Positions 29,384-39,618 are shown, counted from the stretch's first letter. The stretch is DNA of 64,000 bases from an uncultured Oscillospiraceae bacterium (GCA_905192745.1 CAJJLZ010000005.1:6038-70037); one strand, 5' to 3'. The notes: generated by a model not told the origin, from the sequence alone. A program made the numbers and translations.

Positions 29384-29420
29384 TCAACCGATTGACATAC
29401 AAACGGTAATGTGTTACGCT
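29384..29420 (+). promoter_or_regulatory. Candidate promoter of the sucrose locus with overlapping near-palindrome
   Basis: TTGACA (29392-29397), a 17-nt spacer, then TGtTACGCT. TCAACCGATTGA (29384-29395) is a 12-mer with dyad symmetry at 10 of 12 positions and overlaps the -35. Confidence 0.35.
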
Positions 29421-29489
29421 GTGGGCAGTGAAAGATTCGCCTTGTGCCCGCCGGTAAATATGCCGGCTGGCCGAACGGGGCGTCGGCAT

Positions 29490-29530
29490 CCGGCGTTTCG
29501 TCACTTTTATCAAAAATGACGAAACGCCGG
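29490..29530 (+). other. Perfect 14-bp hairpin in the sucrose phosphorylase leader
   Basis: CCGGCGTTTCGTCA / TGACGAAACGCCGG with a 13-nt AT-rich loop. No U tail. Confidence 0.6.
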
Positions 29531-29637
29531 GTATGAGCGGGCGGACGGCAGGGAATGCTATGCCGTATGGCGGGCTGTGCGAATTGGGACGCCGTTTGAA
29601 TGTGCAAATGGATGCAAATGGAAGGGAGCGGAAATGG

Positions 29638-31053
29638 ATGGGCGATGCGAAACTCCGCAATAAGGTGATGCTGATTACCTATGCAGACAGTCTTGGTCAA
29701 AATCTGAAAGAACTGAAACAGGCGCTGGACGGATATTTTGAAGGCGCGGTGGACGGTGTGCATATCCTGCCGTTTTTTCCATCCTCGGCGGACCGCGGCT
29801 TTGCGCCGATGCGGTACGACAGGGTGGAGGAAACCTTCGGAGACTTTGAGGACATCGCCGCTCTGGCGGGGGACCATCCCCTGATGTTTGATTTTATGGT
29901 GAACCATATTTCCCGTTCATCGGCGTATTTTCAGGATTTTCTTCAGAACAAAGACGCGTCTCCCTATAAGGACATGTTCATCCGCTTCCGGGATTTCTGG
30001 CCGGGCGGCGCGCCGACGCAGGAGCAGGTGGATAAAATCTATAAACGCAAGCCCCGCGCGCCTTCCATTACCGCCCGCTTTGCGGACGGCAGCGAGGAGG
30101 AAATCTGGTGTACCTTTGGGGAAGAGCAGATCGACCTCGACGTGTCCAGACCCTTTACCCGGCGGTTCATCCGGGACACGCTGAAAGAGATGTGCGAACG
30201 GGGAGCCGCGCTGATTCGGCTGGACGCGTTTGCCTACGCGGTGAAAAAACCGGATACCTCCTGCTTTTTCATTGAACCGGAGATGTGGGAGCTGCTCGAG
30301 GACATCCGCCGGACGGTAGAACCGTACGGGGTGGATATTCTCCCCGAAATCCACGAACACTATTCCATTCAGCTCAAGCTGAGCGAACGCGGCTACTGGG
30401 TATACGACTTTGCGCTGCCCATGCTGGTGCTCCACGCGCTGTATACCGGCCGGGGGGATCGCCTCAAGCACTGGCTGGATATCTGTCCCCGCAAACAGTT
30501 TACCACGCTGGATACCCACGACGGCATCGGGGTGGTGGACGTGGCCGATCTGCTGACCGAAAGCGAGATCGAGGAAACGCGGGAGCTGCTCTTTTCCAAG
30601 GGCGCGAACGTTAAAAAGAGCTACAACACCGCCGCCTACAACAATCTGGATATCTATCAGATCAACTGCACCTATTATTCCGCGCTGGGGGATGACGATC
30701 AGGCGTATCTGCTTGCCCGGGCGATCCAGTTCTTTGCGCCGGGTATCCCGCAGGTTTACTACGTCGGGGCGCTCGCGGGCACGAACGATATCGAACGTCT
30801 GGAGTCCACCAAACAGGGCCGGGATATCAACCGCCACGCCTACACGCTTTCAGAAATTGCCGCTGAAACGCAGCGGCCGGTGGTGCAAAAGCTGCTCGGG
30901 CTGATGCGGCTGCGCAATACCCATCCGGCGTTCGACGGCGTATGCGAGACGGCGTTGGAGGGGGAAAACGGTCTGGTGATTACCCGGATGAACGGAGATC
31001 ACCGCCTGACGCTCCGCGCCGACCTCAAAACTCATGCGTTTACCATTGACTGA
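29638..31053 (+). CDS. Sucrose phosphorylase (GH13_18)
   Basis: LITYADSLGQNLKEL...GVHILPFFPSSADRGFAP N-terminus plus GH13 catalytic blocks (RLDAFAY, EIHEH, LDTHDGIG). GGAAGGGAG RBS. Confidence 0.85.
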   Translation: MGDAKLRNKVMLITYADSLGQNLKELKQALDGYFEGAVDGVHILPFFPSSADRGFAPMRYDRVEETFGDFEDIAALAGDHPLMFDFMVNHISRSSAYFQDFLQNKDASPYKDMFIRFRDFWPGGAPTQEQVDKIYKRKPRAPSITARFADGSEEEIWCTFGEEQIDLDVSRPFTRRFIRDTLKEMCERGAALIRLDAFAYAVKKPDTSCFFIEPEMWELLEDIRRTVEPYGVDILPEIHEHYSIQLKLSERGYWVYDFALPMLVLHALYTGRGDRLKHWLDICPRKQFTTLDTHDGIGVVDVADLLTESEIEETRELLFSKGANVKKSYNTAAYNNLDIYQINCTYYSALGDDDQAYLLARAIQFFAPGIPQVYYVGALAGTNDIERLESTKQGRDINRHAYTLSEIAAETQRPVVQKLLGLMRLRNTHPAFDGVCETALEGENGLVITRMNGDHRLTLRADLKTHAFTID

Positions 31054-31128
31054 GACCCCGCGGGGGAGAGCAAACGGCAGACCATAAAATTCAGAAACAC
31101 ACAAACCGATGGATGAAAGGAATGGAGA

Positions 31129-32415
31129 ATGGCTATGAAAAAGATCACGCGAATTTTGAGCGTCCTTCTGGCGGCCGGGCTGACCGCCGTTTCCTTTGCG
31201 GGCTGCAGCGGCGGCAAGGGAAAGAAAATCACTTTTCTGAATACCAAGGGCGAAATCCAGAGCGAATTTGAAGAAGTGGCGAAGCTGTATCAGGAAAAAA
31301 CCGGTATTACCGTGGAGATCACGGTCGCGCCGGCCGGCTCGTCTCCCTTTGCGACGATTTCCTCCATGTACAATTCCGGCAATCCGCCCACGATGGCGAT
31401 GCTGGATACCACCGACGTGGTGTCCCTCTACGCGGAAAAGGCGCTCGACCTGTCGGACGAAACCTGGGCCAAGGATGAAAGCGCGCAGACCTACACTCTC
31501 GACGGCAAGGTCTATTCCTTCCCCATGGGGGTGGAGGCAAAAGGCCTGATTTATAACAAAACGGTGATTGAAAAGACGCTGGGCCGTACGTTTGATCCGG
31601 CGGAATACAACACGCTCGACAAGCTGAAGGCCCTTCTGGAAGAACTCAAATCCAAGGGGATGGAAACTCCGGTGGCGCTGTCCAAGGAGGACTGGTCTCT
31701 CGGCTCGCACGTTTTCGGCACGGTTTACCAGTCTCAGGCGGATAACGAGGCCGGACTGGAAGCGTATCTCGACAAACTGCGGGCAGGCACAGGCGATCTG
31801 GCGAATAACGGGCGCTTCAACCAGCTGATGGATGTATTCGACCTGCTGAAGGAGAACAACATCAATAAGAAAGATCCTCTGTCCGCCGATTACGCGGTTG
31901 ATCCTTCCTATATCGTGGAAGGCAAGGTGGCTTTCTGGTATAACGGCAGCTGGGCTTGGCCGAATATGGAAGTGTTCGTCAAACAGGGCGACGCCACCGA
32001 GTACGGTCTGATGCCTCTGCCAATGGGGAACGACGCGTCCGATTTTGCCAATACGACCATGGTGGGCACCGGCTCCAAGCAGGTCATCATCGATCGGGTG
32101 AAGGCGACCGAAGAAGAGCAGAAGATGGCGAAAGACTTCCTGAACTGGCTGTATGCCGACGAGGAGGGCCAGAAGCAGGTGGTGAATACCCTGAACATGG
32201 TTCCCGCCTTCGGCAACAACCCCAACGAGCCGGGCGACCCCCTGAGCAAAACGGTGAAATCCTATGTGGCGGACGGCCGGATTCTGTTTGAGCCGATCGT
32301 TCCCTCCGATCATTGGTCGGTGGTCGGCGCGAAGATGCAGGAGTATCTGGCGGGCAAGATTGACCGAACAGCCCTTGCCGCGGCGGTGGAAGCATACTGG
32401 AAAGGGAAAGCCTGA
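31129..32415 (+). CDS. Sugar ABC transporter substrate-binding lipoprotein
   Basis: 428 aa with signal peptide and lipobox (FAGCSGG). Family 1 SBP-like. Confidence 0.85.
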   Translation: MAMKKITRILSVLLAAGLTAVSFAGCSGGKGKKITFLNTKGEIQSEFEEVAKLYQEKTGITVEITVAPAGSSPFATISSMYNSGNPPTMAMLDTTDVVSLYAEKALDLSDETWAKDESAQTYTLDGKVYSFPMGVEAKGLIYNKTVIEKTLGRTFDPAEYNTLDKLKALLEELKSKGMETPVALSKEDWSLGSHVFGTVYQSQADNEAGLEAYLDKLRAGTGDLANNGRFNQLMDVFDLLKENNINKKDPLSADYAVDPSYIVEGKVAFWYNGSWAWPNMEVFVKQGDATEYGLMPLPMGNDASDFANTTMVGTGSKQVIIDRVKATEEEQKMAKDFLNWLYADEEGQKQVVNTLNMVPAFGNNPNEPGDPLSKTVKSYVADGRILFEPIVPSDHWSVVGAKMQEYLAGKIDRTALAAAVEAYWKGKA

Positions 32416-32464
32416 TTTTCCTCCGGCGGCGGTTTCCCCTCTGATCCGGCCGGGAAATCTTCCT

Positions 32465-32494
32465 CCGCCCGGAGTCCTGCGGGACTCCGGGCGG
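32465..32494 (+). other. GC-rich intercistronic hairpin between the SBP and permease genes
   Basis: CCGCCCGGAGTCC / GGACTCCGGGCGG is a 13-bp stem with a 4-nt loop and no U tail. Confidence 0.6.
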
Positions 32495-32646
32495 GGGGAA
32501 GGAACAATAGCAACGGCTGCGCCGCCGGGAAAGGCTGATACAGCACCCGGTTGGGCGGCACTGTGGAACAAGAAAGCTAAGGAAAAAGGGAGGGACCTGC
32601 CGCCGGGGGGTTCTCTCGAAGGAGAACTTCTCCGTTTCATGAAAGG

Positions 32647-33534
32647 ATGGGCGTTTCTATGGGTGAGAAAACAAGACTCGGCAAGACAAAGCTGTTTCTG
32701 ATCTTTGGATTTCCGGCGCTTTTCTTCTTCTGCGCCGTTGTGGTCATCCCCGTGGTCTACGGCCTGTATCTGACCCTGACGAACTGGGACGGGATCTCCA
32801 GCGCGAAGGACTTTGTCGGATTGTCGAATTATGTGGAGGTTTTTCAGGACGGCGAGTTCTGGGGCTCGCTGTGGCTGACTCTGAAATATGTGATCGTTTC
32901 GGTGCTGCTGATTAACGTGGTGGCCTTTGTGCTGGCTTATCTGCTGACCAGCGGCGTAAAAGGGCAGAACTTCCTGCGCTCGGCGTTTTTTACGCCCAAC
33001 CTGATCGGCGGCATTGTCCTTGGCTTCATCTGGCAGTTCGTTTTCAACCGGGCGCTGACGGAACTGGGCGGGACAATTCCGTTTTTTGAAAACACTTTTC
33101 TTGGGGATCCGACCAAGGCGTTCTGGGCGATGGTAATCGTGACGGTCTGGCAGTATTCGGGATATATGATGATTATTTACGTCGCCGGCTTCACCTCGAT
33201 CCCCGGCGACCTGCTGGAGGCGGCGAGCATCGACGGCTGTACGGCGTGGCAGACCACCCGCCGCATCGTCCTGCCGCTGATGATGCCCTCCTTTGTGATT
33301 TGCCTGTTCCTGTCCATTCAGCGCTGCTTCATGGTGTATGACCTGAACCTGTCCCTGACCAACGGCGCGCCGTTCGGTTCCACCAAGATGGTGGCGATGC
33401 ATGTCTATAATAAAGCGTTCCTGTCCCGCGAATACGGCGTCGGTCAGGCGGAGGCGTTCGTGCTGTTTCTGGTGGTGGCGGCGATTTGCGTGACGCAGAT
33501 CTATCTCGGCAAGCGGAAGGAGGTTGAGGCGTAA
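32647..33534 (+). CDS. Carbohydrate ABC transporter permease (MalF-like)
   Basis: 295 aa with 6 TM helices and an EAA-type loop (EAASIDGCTAWQTTRRIVLP). Confidence 0.9.
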   Translation: MGVSMGEKTRLGKTKLFLIFGFPALFFFCAVVVIPVVYGLYLTLTNWDGISSAKDFVGLSNYVEVFQDGEFWGSLWLTLKYVIVSVLLINVVAFVLAYLLTSGVKGQNFLRSAFFTPNLIGGIVLGFIWQFVFNRALTELGGTIPFFENTFLGDPTKAFWAMVIVTVWQYSGYMMIIYVAGFTSIPGDLLEAASIDGCTAWQTTRRIVLPLMMPSFVICLFLSIQRCFMVYDLNLSLTNGAPFGSTKMVAMHVYNKAFLSREYGVGQAEAFVLFLVVAAICVTQIYLGKRKEVEA

Positions 33535-34394
33535 TGAGCGGAATGGTCGGAGGAACCCGGAAGCGGGTGTTCAACGTGGTGAAAACCGTGCTGCTTTTCG
33601 CCCTGCTCCTGCTTTACATGGTGCCGTTTCTCCTCGTCGTCATCAACGCCTTCAAAAGCAACGGCGCAATCCTTTCCTCGCCTCTCGGGCTGATTGATCC
33701 GGACGGCATCACCTTTTCCAATTTTTCCAAAGCGTGGGAACGGATGGATTTTCTGCGGTCCTTTATAAACTCTCTGATGATTACCGTGGTCAGCGTGGTT
33801 TTGATTGTGCTGGTTTCCTCCATGACCGCCTGGCTGTTCGTCCGCTTCTCCTGGAAGATCAACAAAATTTTCTTCGGGGCCATGGTGGCGGCCATGATCG
33901 TTCCCTTTCAGGTCATCATGATTCCGCTGGTGTATGTGTACGGCGGGGTTCTGGATATCCTCGGCAACCCCGTTACCCTGATGGCGATGAACGTCGGCTT
34001 CGGCGTGAGTATGGCGACGTTCATCTATCACGGCTTTATTAAGGGCGGCGTACCGCTTTCGCTGGAGGAGGCGGCGACGCTGGACGGCTGCACCCGCACG
34101 CAGATGTTCTTCAAAGTGGTGTTCCCGCTGCTGAAACCGACCACCGCGACCATTGTGGTGCTCGATGTGCTGTGGGTATGGAACGACTACCTCCTGCCGA
34201 GTCTGGTTCTGTCCAATAACCGGGATGCGTTCACTCTGCCGCTTTCCACCTATACCTTTTACGGCGCGTACCTTACCGATTACGGCGCGATTATGGCGGC
34301 GCTCTGCCTTACTGCCCTGCCGGTCATCGTCCTGTATCTTTTCCTCCAGAAACAGATCATTTCCGGTGTCATTTCCGGCGCTGTCAAGGCGTGA
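33534..34394 (+). CDS. Carbohydrate ABC transporter permease (MalG-like)
   Basis: 286 aa with an EAA loop (EEAATLDGCTRTQMFFKVVFP). The start overlaps the preceding stop. Confidence 0.9.
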   Translation: MSGMVGGTRKRVFNVVKTVLLFALLLLYMVPFLLVVINAFKSNGAILSSPLGLIDPDGITFSNFSKAWERMDFLRSFINSLMITVVSVVLIVLVSSMTAWLFVRFSWKINKIFFGAMVAAMIVPFQVIMIPLVYVYGGVLDILGNPVTLMAMNVGFGVSMATFIYHGFIKGGVPLSLEEAATLDGCTRTQMFFKVVFPLLKPTTATIVVLDVLWVWNDYLLPSLVLSNNRDAFTLPLSTYTFYGAYLTDYGAIMAALCLTALPVIVLYLFLQKQIISGVISGAVKA

Positions 34395-34439
34395 AAAAGC
34401 GTAAAAAGAATAGACAGGCATACCCGGCCTGAACGAGGC

Positions 34440-34476
34440 GGAGGACCGGCGGATCGCCGCGCGGTCCTCCTTTGCC
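34440..34476 (+). terminator. Terminator after the permease genes
   Basis: GGAGGACCG ... CGGTCCTCC stem followed by TTTGCC. Confidence 0.5.
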
Positions 34477-34643
34477 TGTGGTTAAGAAGCCTTCGGCAGA
34501 ATTCTTGGTTCTTTTCTTGCCAAATCGGAAGGAACAGGATACAATAAGCAGAGAAAAGGGCAAGCGGAATGGAAATGAGAGAATGACGATACCGGCGCCG
34601 AAAGGCGGCGGGAAGGGGGGAACTCCCATTGAACCGGAGAGTA

Positions 34644-36257
34644 ATGGAGCGGGATTATCTGTGGATGCCGGTGTGCCCGGGGGCGGAAAAACGGCAAATT
34701 GAAATTTTCGACGAGGGAAAAAAGGTGCTGGAGCTGACGGTTCCCTGCGCCGTTCAGCCGGGTTCTTCGGAAGGAGAGCGTCCGTTTTTCGCCTGTCTGC
34801 CGGTGTCGGCCTACCGCGGCCATACGCTGACCTTCGAGGGCGCGCCGGCCGGCTGGGCGGCTTCCCTGCGCTGCGAACCGGCGCCTCCTTCGCCTCCCGC
34901 CTGTCCGCGTCCGCTTCTGCATTTCACCCCGCCGGTCGGTTGGATGAACGATCCGAACGGTCTGGTATTCGCGGACGGGGTTTATCATCTGTATTATCAA
35001 TACAATCCCTGCGATGTGGAGTGGGGAAATATGACCTGGGGCCACGCCCACAGCCGGGATCTTTTTCAGTGGGAATGGGACGATCCCGTCCTGTATCCGG
35101 ATGAGACCGGCGTGATGTTTTCCGGCTGCGCCCTCCGGGATGACCGGAACGCTGCCGGTTTCGGCCGGGGACGGCTGCTGTATTATTATACGGCGGCGGG
35201 CGATACGAACGCGTGGTCCAAGGGGCGGCCCTTCGCCCAGTATCTGGCGCTCGGCGCGGCGGGCGGGATGCGGCTGGAAAAGACCGGCCGGGTCATGATT
35301 CCGCCTCTGGCCAAGGGAAACCGCGACCCCAAGGTGTTTTATCACGAAGCCTCCGGCGCCTATATTCTGGCGCTGTATCTGTCGGCGGATGAATTCGCCC
35401 TGTTCCGTTCGGCCGACCTGCTGCATTGGGAGGAATCCCAGCGCTTGACGCTGGACGGGGCGTGGGAATGCCCCGATCTGCTGGAACTGCCGGCGGATGA
35501 CGGCGGCAGGCAGTGGGCTTTCTGGTCGGCGGACGGCTATTATTTTACCGGAGAGTTCGACGGCTTCCGTTTCACGCCGACCGGCCCCCGCCGCTGCGCT
35601 TACGCGGGCGGGGAGCCGAACGCCTTCGGCGGCGGACCGCTCCGGCCGGGGGTCACTCTGCTGCCCTACGCGGCCCAGACCGTGGCCGGGGTGGAGGACG
35701 GCCGGGTAATCAGCGTCGCCTGGCTGCGTACGCCGGGTACGCCCGGACACGGCGCGGCGCGGCTTCCCTACACCGGGATGATGGCGCTGCCGGTTGAACT
35801 GTCCCTGACGGCGGACCGGCAGATTCGGCTGTCGCCGGTGCGGGAGCTGGACGCGCTGCGGGGCCGCCGTACCCCGATGATGCGCGGGGCGGCGGTGGAA
35901 ATGAAGGCGGCTTTCGAATTGACCCTGACGCTGAAAAGCGGTTCCGCCGAGGCGGAGCTTCCGGCCGGCCGGCTGACGGCGGACGGGAAAACCGGCCGGT
36001 GCCGTTTTGTCTCCGCGCTTTCGGCGCGGGAGTTTTCCTACGATCCGTCGCGCGGCCTTTCGCTCCGCCTGATCGCGGATACGGGAATCGTCGAAATTTT
36101 CGCTCAGGATGGAACGATTTCCATGGCGTGCGAAACGACACCGGCGCTTTCGGGCCGGGTACGCTGCCGGATCGACGGGGTGGGCGAGGCCTTTGTGGCG
36201 CCCTATTCCTTTTGCGAGTTTCCTTCGCGCGGACAAAAGGATAGCCAATCGACTTGA
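34644..36257 (+). CDS. GH32 beta-fructofuranosidase / sucrose-6-phosphate hydrolase family
   Basis: WMNDPNG, RDP (NRDPKVFY) and EC (WECPDL) catalytic motifs. I preferred the ATG at 34644; the track ORF starts at a TTG at 34629. Confidence 0.85.
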   Translation: MERDYLWMPVCPGAEKRQIEIFDEGKKVLELTVPCAVQPGSSEGERPFFACLPVSAYRGHTLTFEGAPAGWAASLRCEPAPPSPPACPRPLLHFTPPVGWMNDPNGLVFADGVYHLYYQYNPCDVEWGNMTWGHAHSRDLFQWEWDDPVLYPDETGVMFSGCALRDDRNAAGFGRGRLLYYYTAAGDTNAWSKGRPFAQYLALGAAGGMRLEKTGRVMIPPLAKGNRDPKVFYHEASGAYILALYLSADEFALFRSADLLHWEESQRLTLDGAWECPDLLELPADDGGRQWAFWSADGYYFTGEFDGFRFTPTGPRRCAYAGGEPNAFGGGPLRPGVTLLPYAAQTVAGVEDGRVISVAWLRTPGTPGHGAARLPYTGMMALPVELSLTADRQIRLSPVRELDALRGRRTPMMRGAAVEMKAAFELTLTLKSGSAEAELPAGRLTADGKTGRCRFVSALSAREFSYDPSRGLSLRLIADTGIVEIFAQDGTISMACETTPALSGRVRCRIDGVGEAFVAPYSFCEFPSRGQKDSQST

Positions 36258-36378
36258 AAAGCGGCACAGGGCTTGCGGCAGACAGACCGCGGGGACGGAA
36301 TGATTTTCCGGTTGATTGACTATAAAAAGAACCGGAAGAACAGGACGAGTTTTCAAGAAAAGGAAGGCATGGTAAAGC

Positions 36379-37386
36379 ATGGCGACGCTTAAGGATGTGG
36401 CCGAGAAGGCGGGGATTACCGTTACGACCGTTTCCCGTGTGCTCAATAACCGGGGATATATCAGCGATAAAACCCGGGAAAAGGTGTACGCCGCGATGAG
36501 GGAACTGAATTATCGGCCCAATGAGGTGGCGCGTTCCCTTTCCAAAAAAAGAACCAATGTGATCGGCGTCATCGTCCCCTCTGTTCTGCATCCCTATTTC
36601 AGCAAGGTCGTACATTATCTCGAACGGTCCGCCGCGGCAAAGGACTATAAAATCATGCTCTGCGTCTCCAATCACGAAAAGGAGAAGGAGATCGAATACA
36701 TCGATATGCTCCGCTCCAATAAAGTGGCCGGGATCGTGATCTGCTCCCGGACGGTGGATATTGGGGATTATCTGGATCTCGGTATGCCGGTGGTTACTTT
36801 TGAGCGGGAGCTTCCGGGCGATATCGTGTCGGTCTCCTGCGACAACCGCCAGGGGGGATGTCTTGCGACCCGGCATCTGCTGCAGTGCGGCTGCCGGCGC
36901 CTGCTCCATATCAGCGGCAGCCGGAATGTACCGATCGTGGCCGATCAGCGCGGCGCGGCGTTTGAGGAGGTCTGCCGGGAGGCGGGGGTGGACGGCACGG
37001 TGTATCACACGGAAGAGGCGCAGTTCCTTTCCATGGATTACACCGCTTTTATAGAGAAAATCATTGCGGATAATGTTGTCGGCCGTCCGGCAGACGAACG
37101 GGCGGACGGCGTTTTCGCCAGCAGCGACGTGATCGCCGCGCAGGTGCTTCAGGCCTGCGCCCGTTTCGGCGTCCGGGTACCGGAGGAACTTCGGGTCGTC
37201 GGTTTCGACGATGTGGAGATCGCCGCGCTCACCATTCCCACCATCACAACCATCCGTCAGCCGGTGGAGGATATGTGCCGCTACACGATTTCCCATATTC
37301 TCCGGCGGCTGGATGGGGAGACCGTCCCCACCCGCACGGTGCTGCCGGTTCAGTTGATAGCGCGGGGCTCTACCGCGGCGGTCTGA
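36379..37386 (+). CDS. LacI-family transcriptional regulator
   Basis: N-terminal HTH (ATLKDVAEKAGITVTTVSRVLNN) plus a periplasmic-binding-protein-like sugar-binding domain. Confidence 0.9.
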   Translation: MATLKDVAEKAGITVTTVSRVLNNRGYISDKTREKVYAAMRELNYRPNEVARSLSKKRTNVIGVIVPSVLHPYFSKVVHYLERSAAAKDYKIMLCVSNHEKEKEIEYIDMLRSNKVAGIVICSRTVDIGDYLDLGMPVVTFERELPGDIVSVSCDNRQGGCLATRHLLQCGCRRLLHISGSRNVPIVADQRGAAFEEVCREAGVDGTVYHTEEAQFLSMDYTAFIEKIIADNVVGRPADERADGVFASSDVIAAQVLQACARFGVRVPEELRVVGFDDVEIAALTIPTITTIRQPVEDMCRYTISHILRRLDGETVPTRTVLPVQLIARGSTAAV

Positions 37387-37427
37387 CAGTCAAAGGAAAG
37401 CAAAGAGGCAAAAAGGGAGGAAAATTC

Positions 37428-38423
37428 ATGGCAGATCTGGTGTCTCTCGGCGAACTTCTTATTGATTTCACCCCTCGCGGGGTCAGCGAAAACGGCAATC
37501 CGCTGTTTGAGCGAAATCCCGGCGGGGGTCCGGCTAATCTGGCCTGCGCCGCCGCCAAACTCGGGGCGGATACCGCATTCCTCGGCAAGGTGGGGGACGA
37601 TGTGTTCGGCCGCGCCCTGCGGGATATCCTGCGGCAGAACGGCGTGAATGTGGACGGGCTGCGGCTTTCCGCCGAAAATCCCACCACCCTCGCCTTTGTC
37701 CATCTGGCGGAGGATGGGGACCGCTCCTTCAGCTTTTACCGGCACGGCGGGGCGGATACCATGCTGCGGCCGGAGGAGCTTTCCGCGGAGCTGATCCGGC
37801 AGGCCCGGGTGTTCTTCTTTTCCTCGGTTCTGATGGCGGAAGGACCGTCCCGCGAAACCAGCTTCGCGGCGGTGAAGCTGGCGAGGGAGGCGGGCGCCGC
37901 CGTGGTGTTCGACCCGAATCTCCGTCTGAATCTGTGGAAGGACCCGGAGGACGCCAGAGAGTGTATCCTTTGTGCAATTCCGTACGCCGATGTGCTGAAG
38001 GTGTCGGAGGAGGAACTGGTGTTCCTTACCGGGGAGAGCGATCCGGAAACCGGCGCGCGGCTGTTGTCCGAACGCTTTGAACTGGATGTGGTGCTTGCCA
38101 CCCTCGGTCCGCGGGGCTGCTTTGCCTATGCTCGCCCGCAGGAAGCGGGAGAGGGCGCGCTGGTGCGGGTCGGCGGTTTCCCGGCCAGGACGATCGATAC
38201 CACCGGCGCGGGGGATTCGTTTACCGGCGGATTTATTTCCCGGCTGCTTAAACGGGGGGGCCGTTCCAGTTTTTACGCGGGCGACCGGGAGGCTTTCCGG
38301 GAGGATGTCCGTTTCGCCAACGCCGTCGGTTCGCTGACCACCACCAAAAAGGGCGGTATTCCCGCCCTCCCCGCGCTGGAAGAAGTGGAAGCCTACCTTT
38401 CCACCCTCGCCGACGTGGAGTAA
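37428..38423 (+). CDS. PfkB-family fructokinase
   Basis: GELLIDF N-terminus and a DTTGAGDSF ATP-site motif. The ATG at 37428 has a GGGAGG RBS. The track ORF is extended upstream into the lacI gene. Confidence 0.85.
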   Translation: MADLVSLGELLIDFTPRGVSENGNPLFERNPGGGPANLACAAAKLGADTAFLGKVGDDVFGRALRDILRQNGVNVDGLRLSAENPTTLAFVHLAEDGDRSFSFYRHGGADTMLRPEELSAELIRQARVFFFSSVLMAEGPSRETSFAAVKLAREAGAAVVFDPNLRLNLWKDPEDARECILCAIPYADVLKVSEEELVFLTGESDPETGARLLSERFELDVVLATLGPRGCFAYARPQEAGEGALVRVGGFPARTIDTTGAGDSFTGGFISRLLKRGGRSSFYAGDREAFREDVRFANAVGSLTTTKKGGIPALPALEEVEAYLSTLADVE

Positions 38424-38440
38424 ACGCGGAAACATAGGAA

Positions 38441-38474
38441 AAAACGCCCGGGGAAATTCCTCCGGGCGTTTTTG
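38441..38474 (+). terminator. Terminator of the sucrose/fructan locus
   Basis: AAAACGCCCGG ... CCGGGCGTTTTT stem and T run. Confidence 0.75.
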
Positions 38475-38739
38475 AAAAGTCCCGGCTTTTGGCGTCCGGT
38501 TCGCCGCAGACCGGCCTCTGTTGTTGATTTCCGATGAAAGACGGCGGCGGGATACGGCGGCCGCTTCACGGAAATGTTTCCGCGTTTCGGCGCTTTCGCA
38601 TTGACGAAGCACAAAAAATGTGATATGCTGGTTTTCGAAACCATATGATATTTTCATTGAGTTTATATGTGCCTGTCTTGCCCGCGTCTGCGCGCGTAGA
38701 AAAACACAGGCGTGAAAAATCGTATTTGGAGGATGACGC

Positions 38740-39618
38740 ATGGACAGCATAAACAAGGGGAATATTTCGTTGATCGTGGATAGCTGCTGCGACCTGACGC
38801 CGGAGCTGAGGGAGCTTCTTCGCCCGGCGGTAGCGCCTTTGAAGGTTCGGGTGGACGGCGGCGCGGAGTATATCGACGACGGAACCGCCGACGTGCCGGC
38901 GCTGATCGCGGATATGGCGCGTTCCCGTCAGGGGGCCAGCTCGGCTTGCCCTTCTACGGAGGAATATGCCGAGCCGATGCGGGCGGCGGAGGAATGCTTC
39001 GTCGTCACCCTTTCCAGTAAGCTGAGCGGTTCCTACAATGCGGCCCGGGTGGCGGCGGATATGGTGCTGGAGGATGCGCCGGAAAAGAAAATTCATGTGT
39101 TCGACTCGGAGAGCGCTTCCGCCGGCGAGGTACAGCTGGCGCTGTTTCTGCGCGACCGGATTGACGAGGGGCTGTCGTTTGAGGAAATCATTCCTCTGGC
39201 GGACGAGTACATTGCCCGTATGCGTACGCTGTTCGTGCTGGAGGATCTCGGGAATTTTGTGAAAAGCGGACGGCTGAGTAAGGTGTCCGGCCTTTTGGCG
39301 TCGGTTCTGTCCCTCTGCCCGATCATGGGCGACAATGGACACGGCGATATCCATCTGGTCGCCAAGGCGCGGGGGGTGCAGAATTCCCTGCGGAAGCTGG
39401 TGGAGATTGTCGCGGAGATGACCGCCGGCGCCGCGGAAAAATCGGTGCGGCTGGTTCTCGCCTTCTGCAACTGCCCGTCCCGCGCCCAGACGCTGAAGGC
39501 CTCTCTGCTGGAGAAATGCCGGGCGCTGGGCGAAATCATCCTGGTACCCACCGGCGCGCTGTCCACCATGTATGCCAACGACGGCGGCGTAATTCTGGCG
39601 TTTAGACCGGAGACATAA
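38740..39618 (+). CDS. DegV-family fatty-acid-binding protein
   Basis: 292 aa with the DegV N-terminal pattern (ISLIVDSCCDL) and length. Confidence 0.8.
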   Translation: MDSINKGNISLIVDSCCDLTPELRELLRPAVAPLKVRVDGGAEYIDDGTADVPALIADMARSRQGASSACPSTEEYAEPMRAAEECFVVTLSSKLSGSYNAARVAADMVLEDAPEKKIHVFDSESASAGEVQLALFLRDRIDEGLSFEEIIPLADEYIARMRTLFVLEDLGNFVKSGRLSKVSGLLASVLSLCPIMGDNGHGDIHLVAKARGVQNSLRKLVEIVAEMTAGAAEKSVRLVLAFCNCPSRAQTLKASLLEKCRALGEIILVPTGALSTMYANDGGVILAFRPET

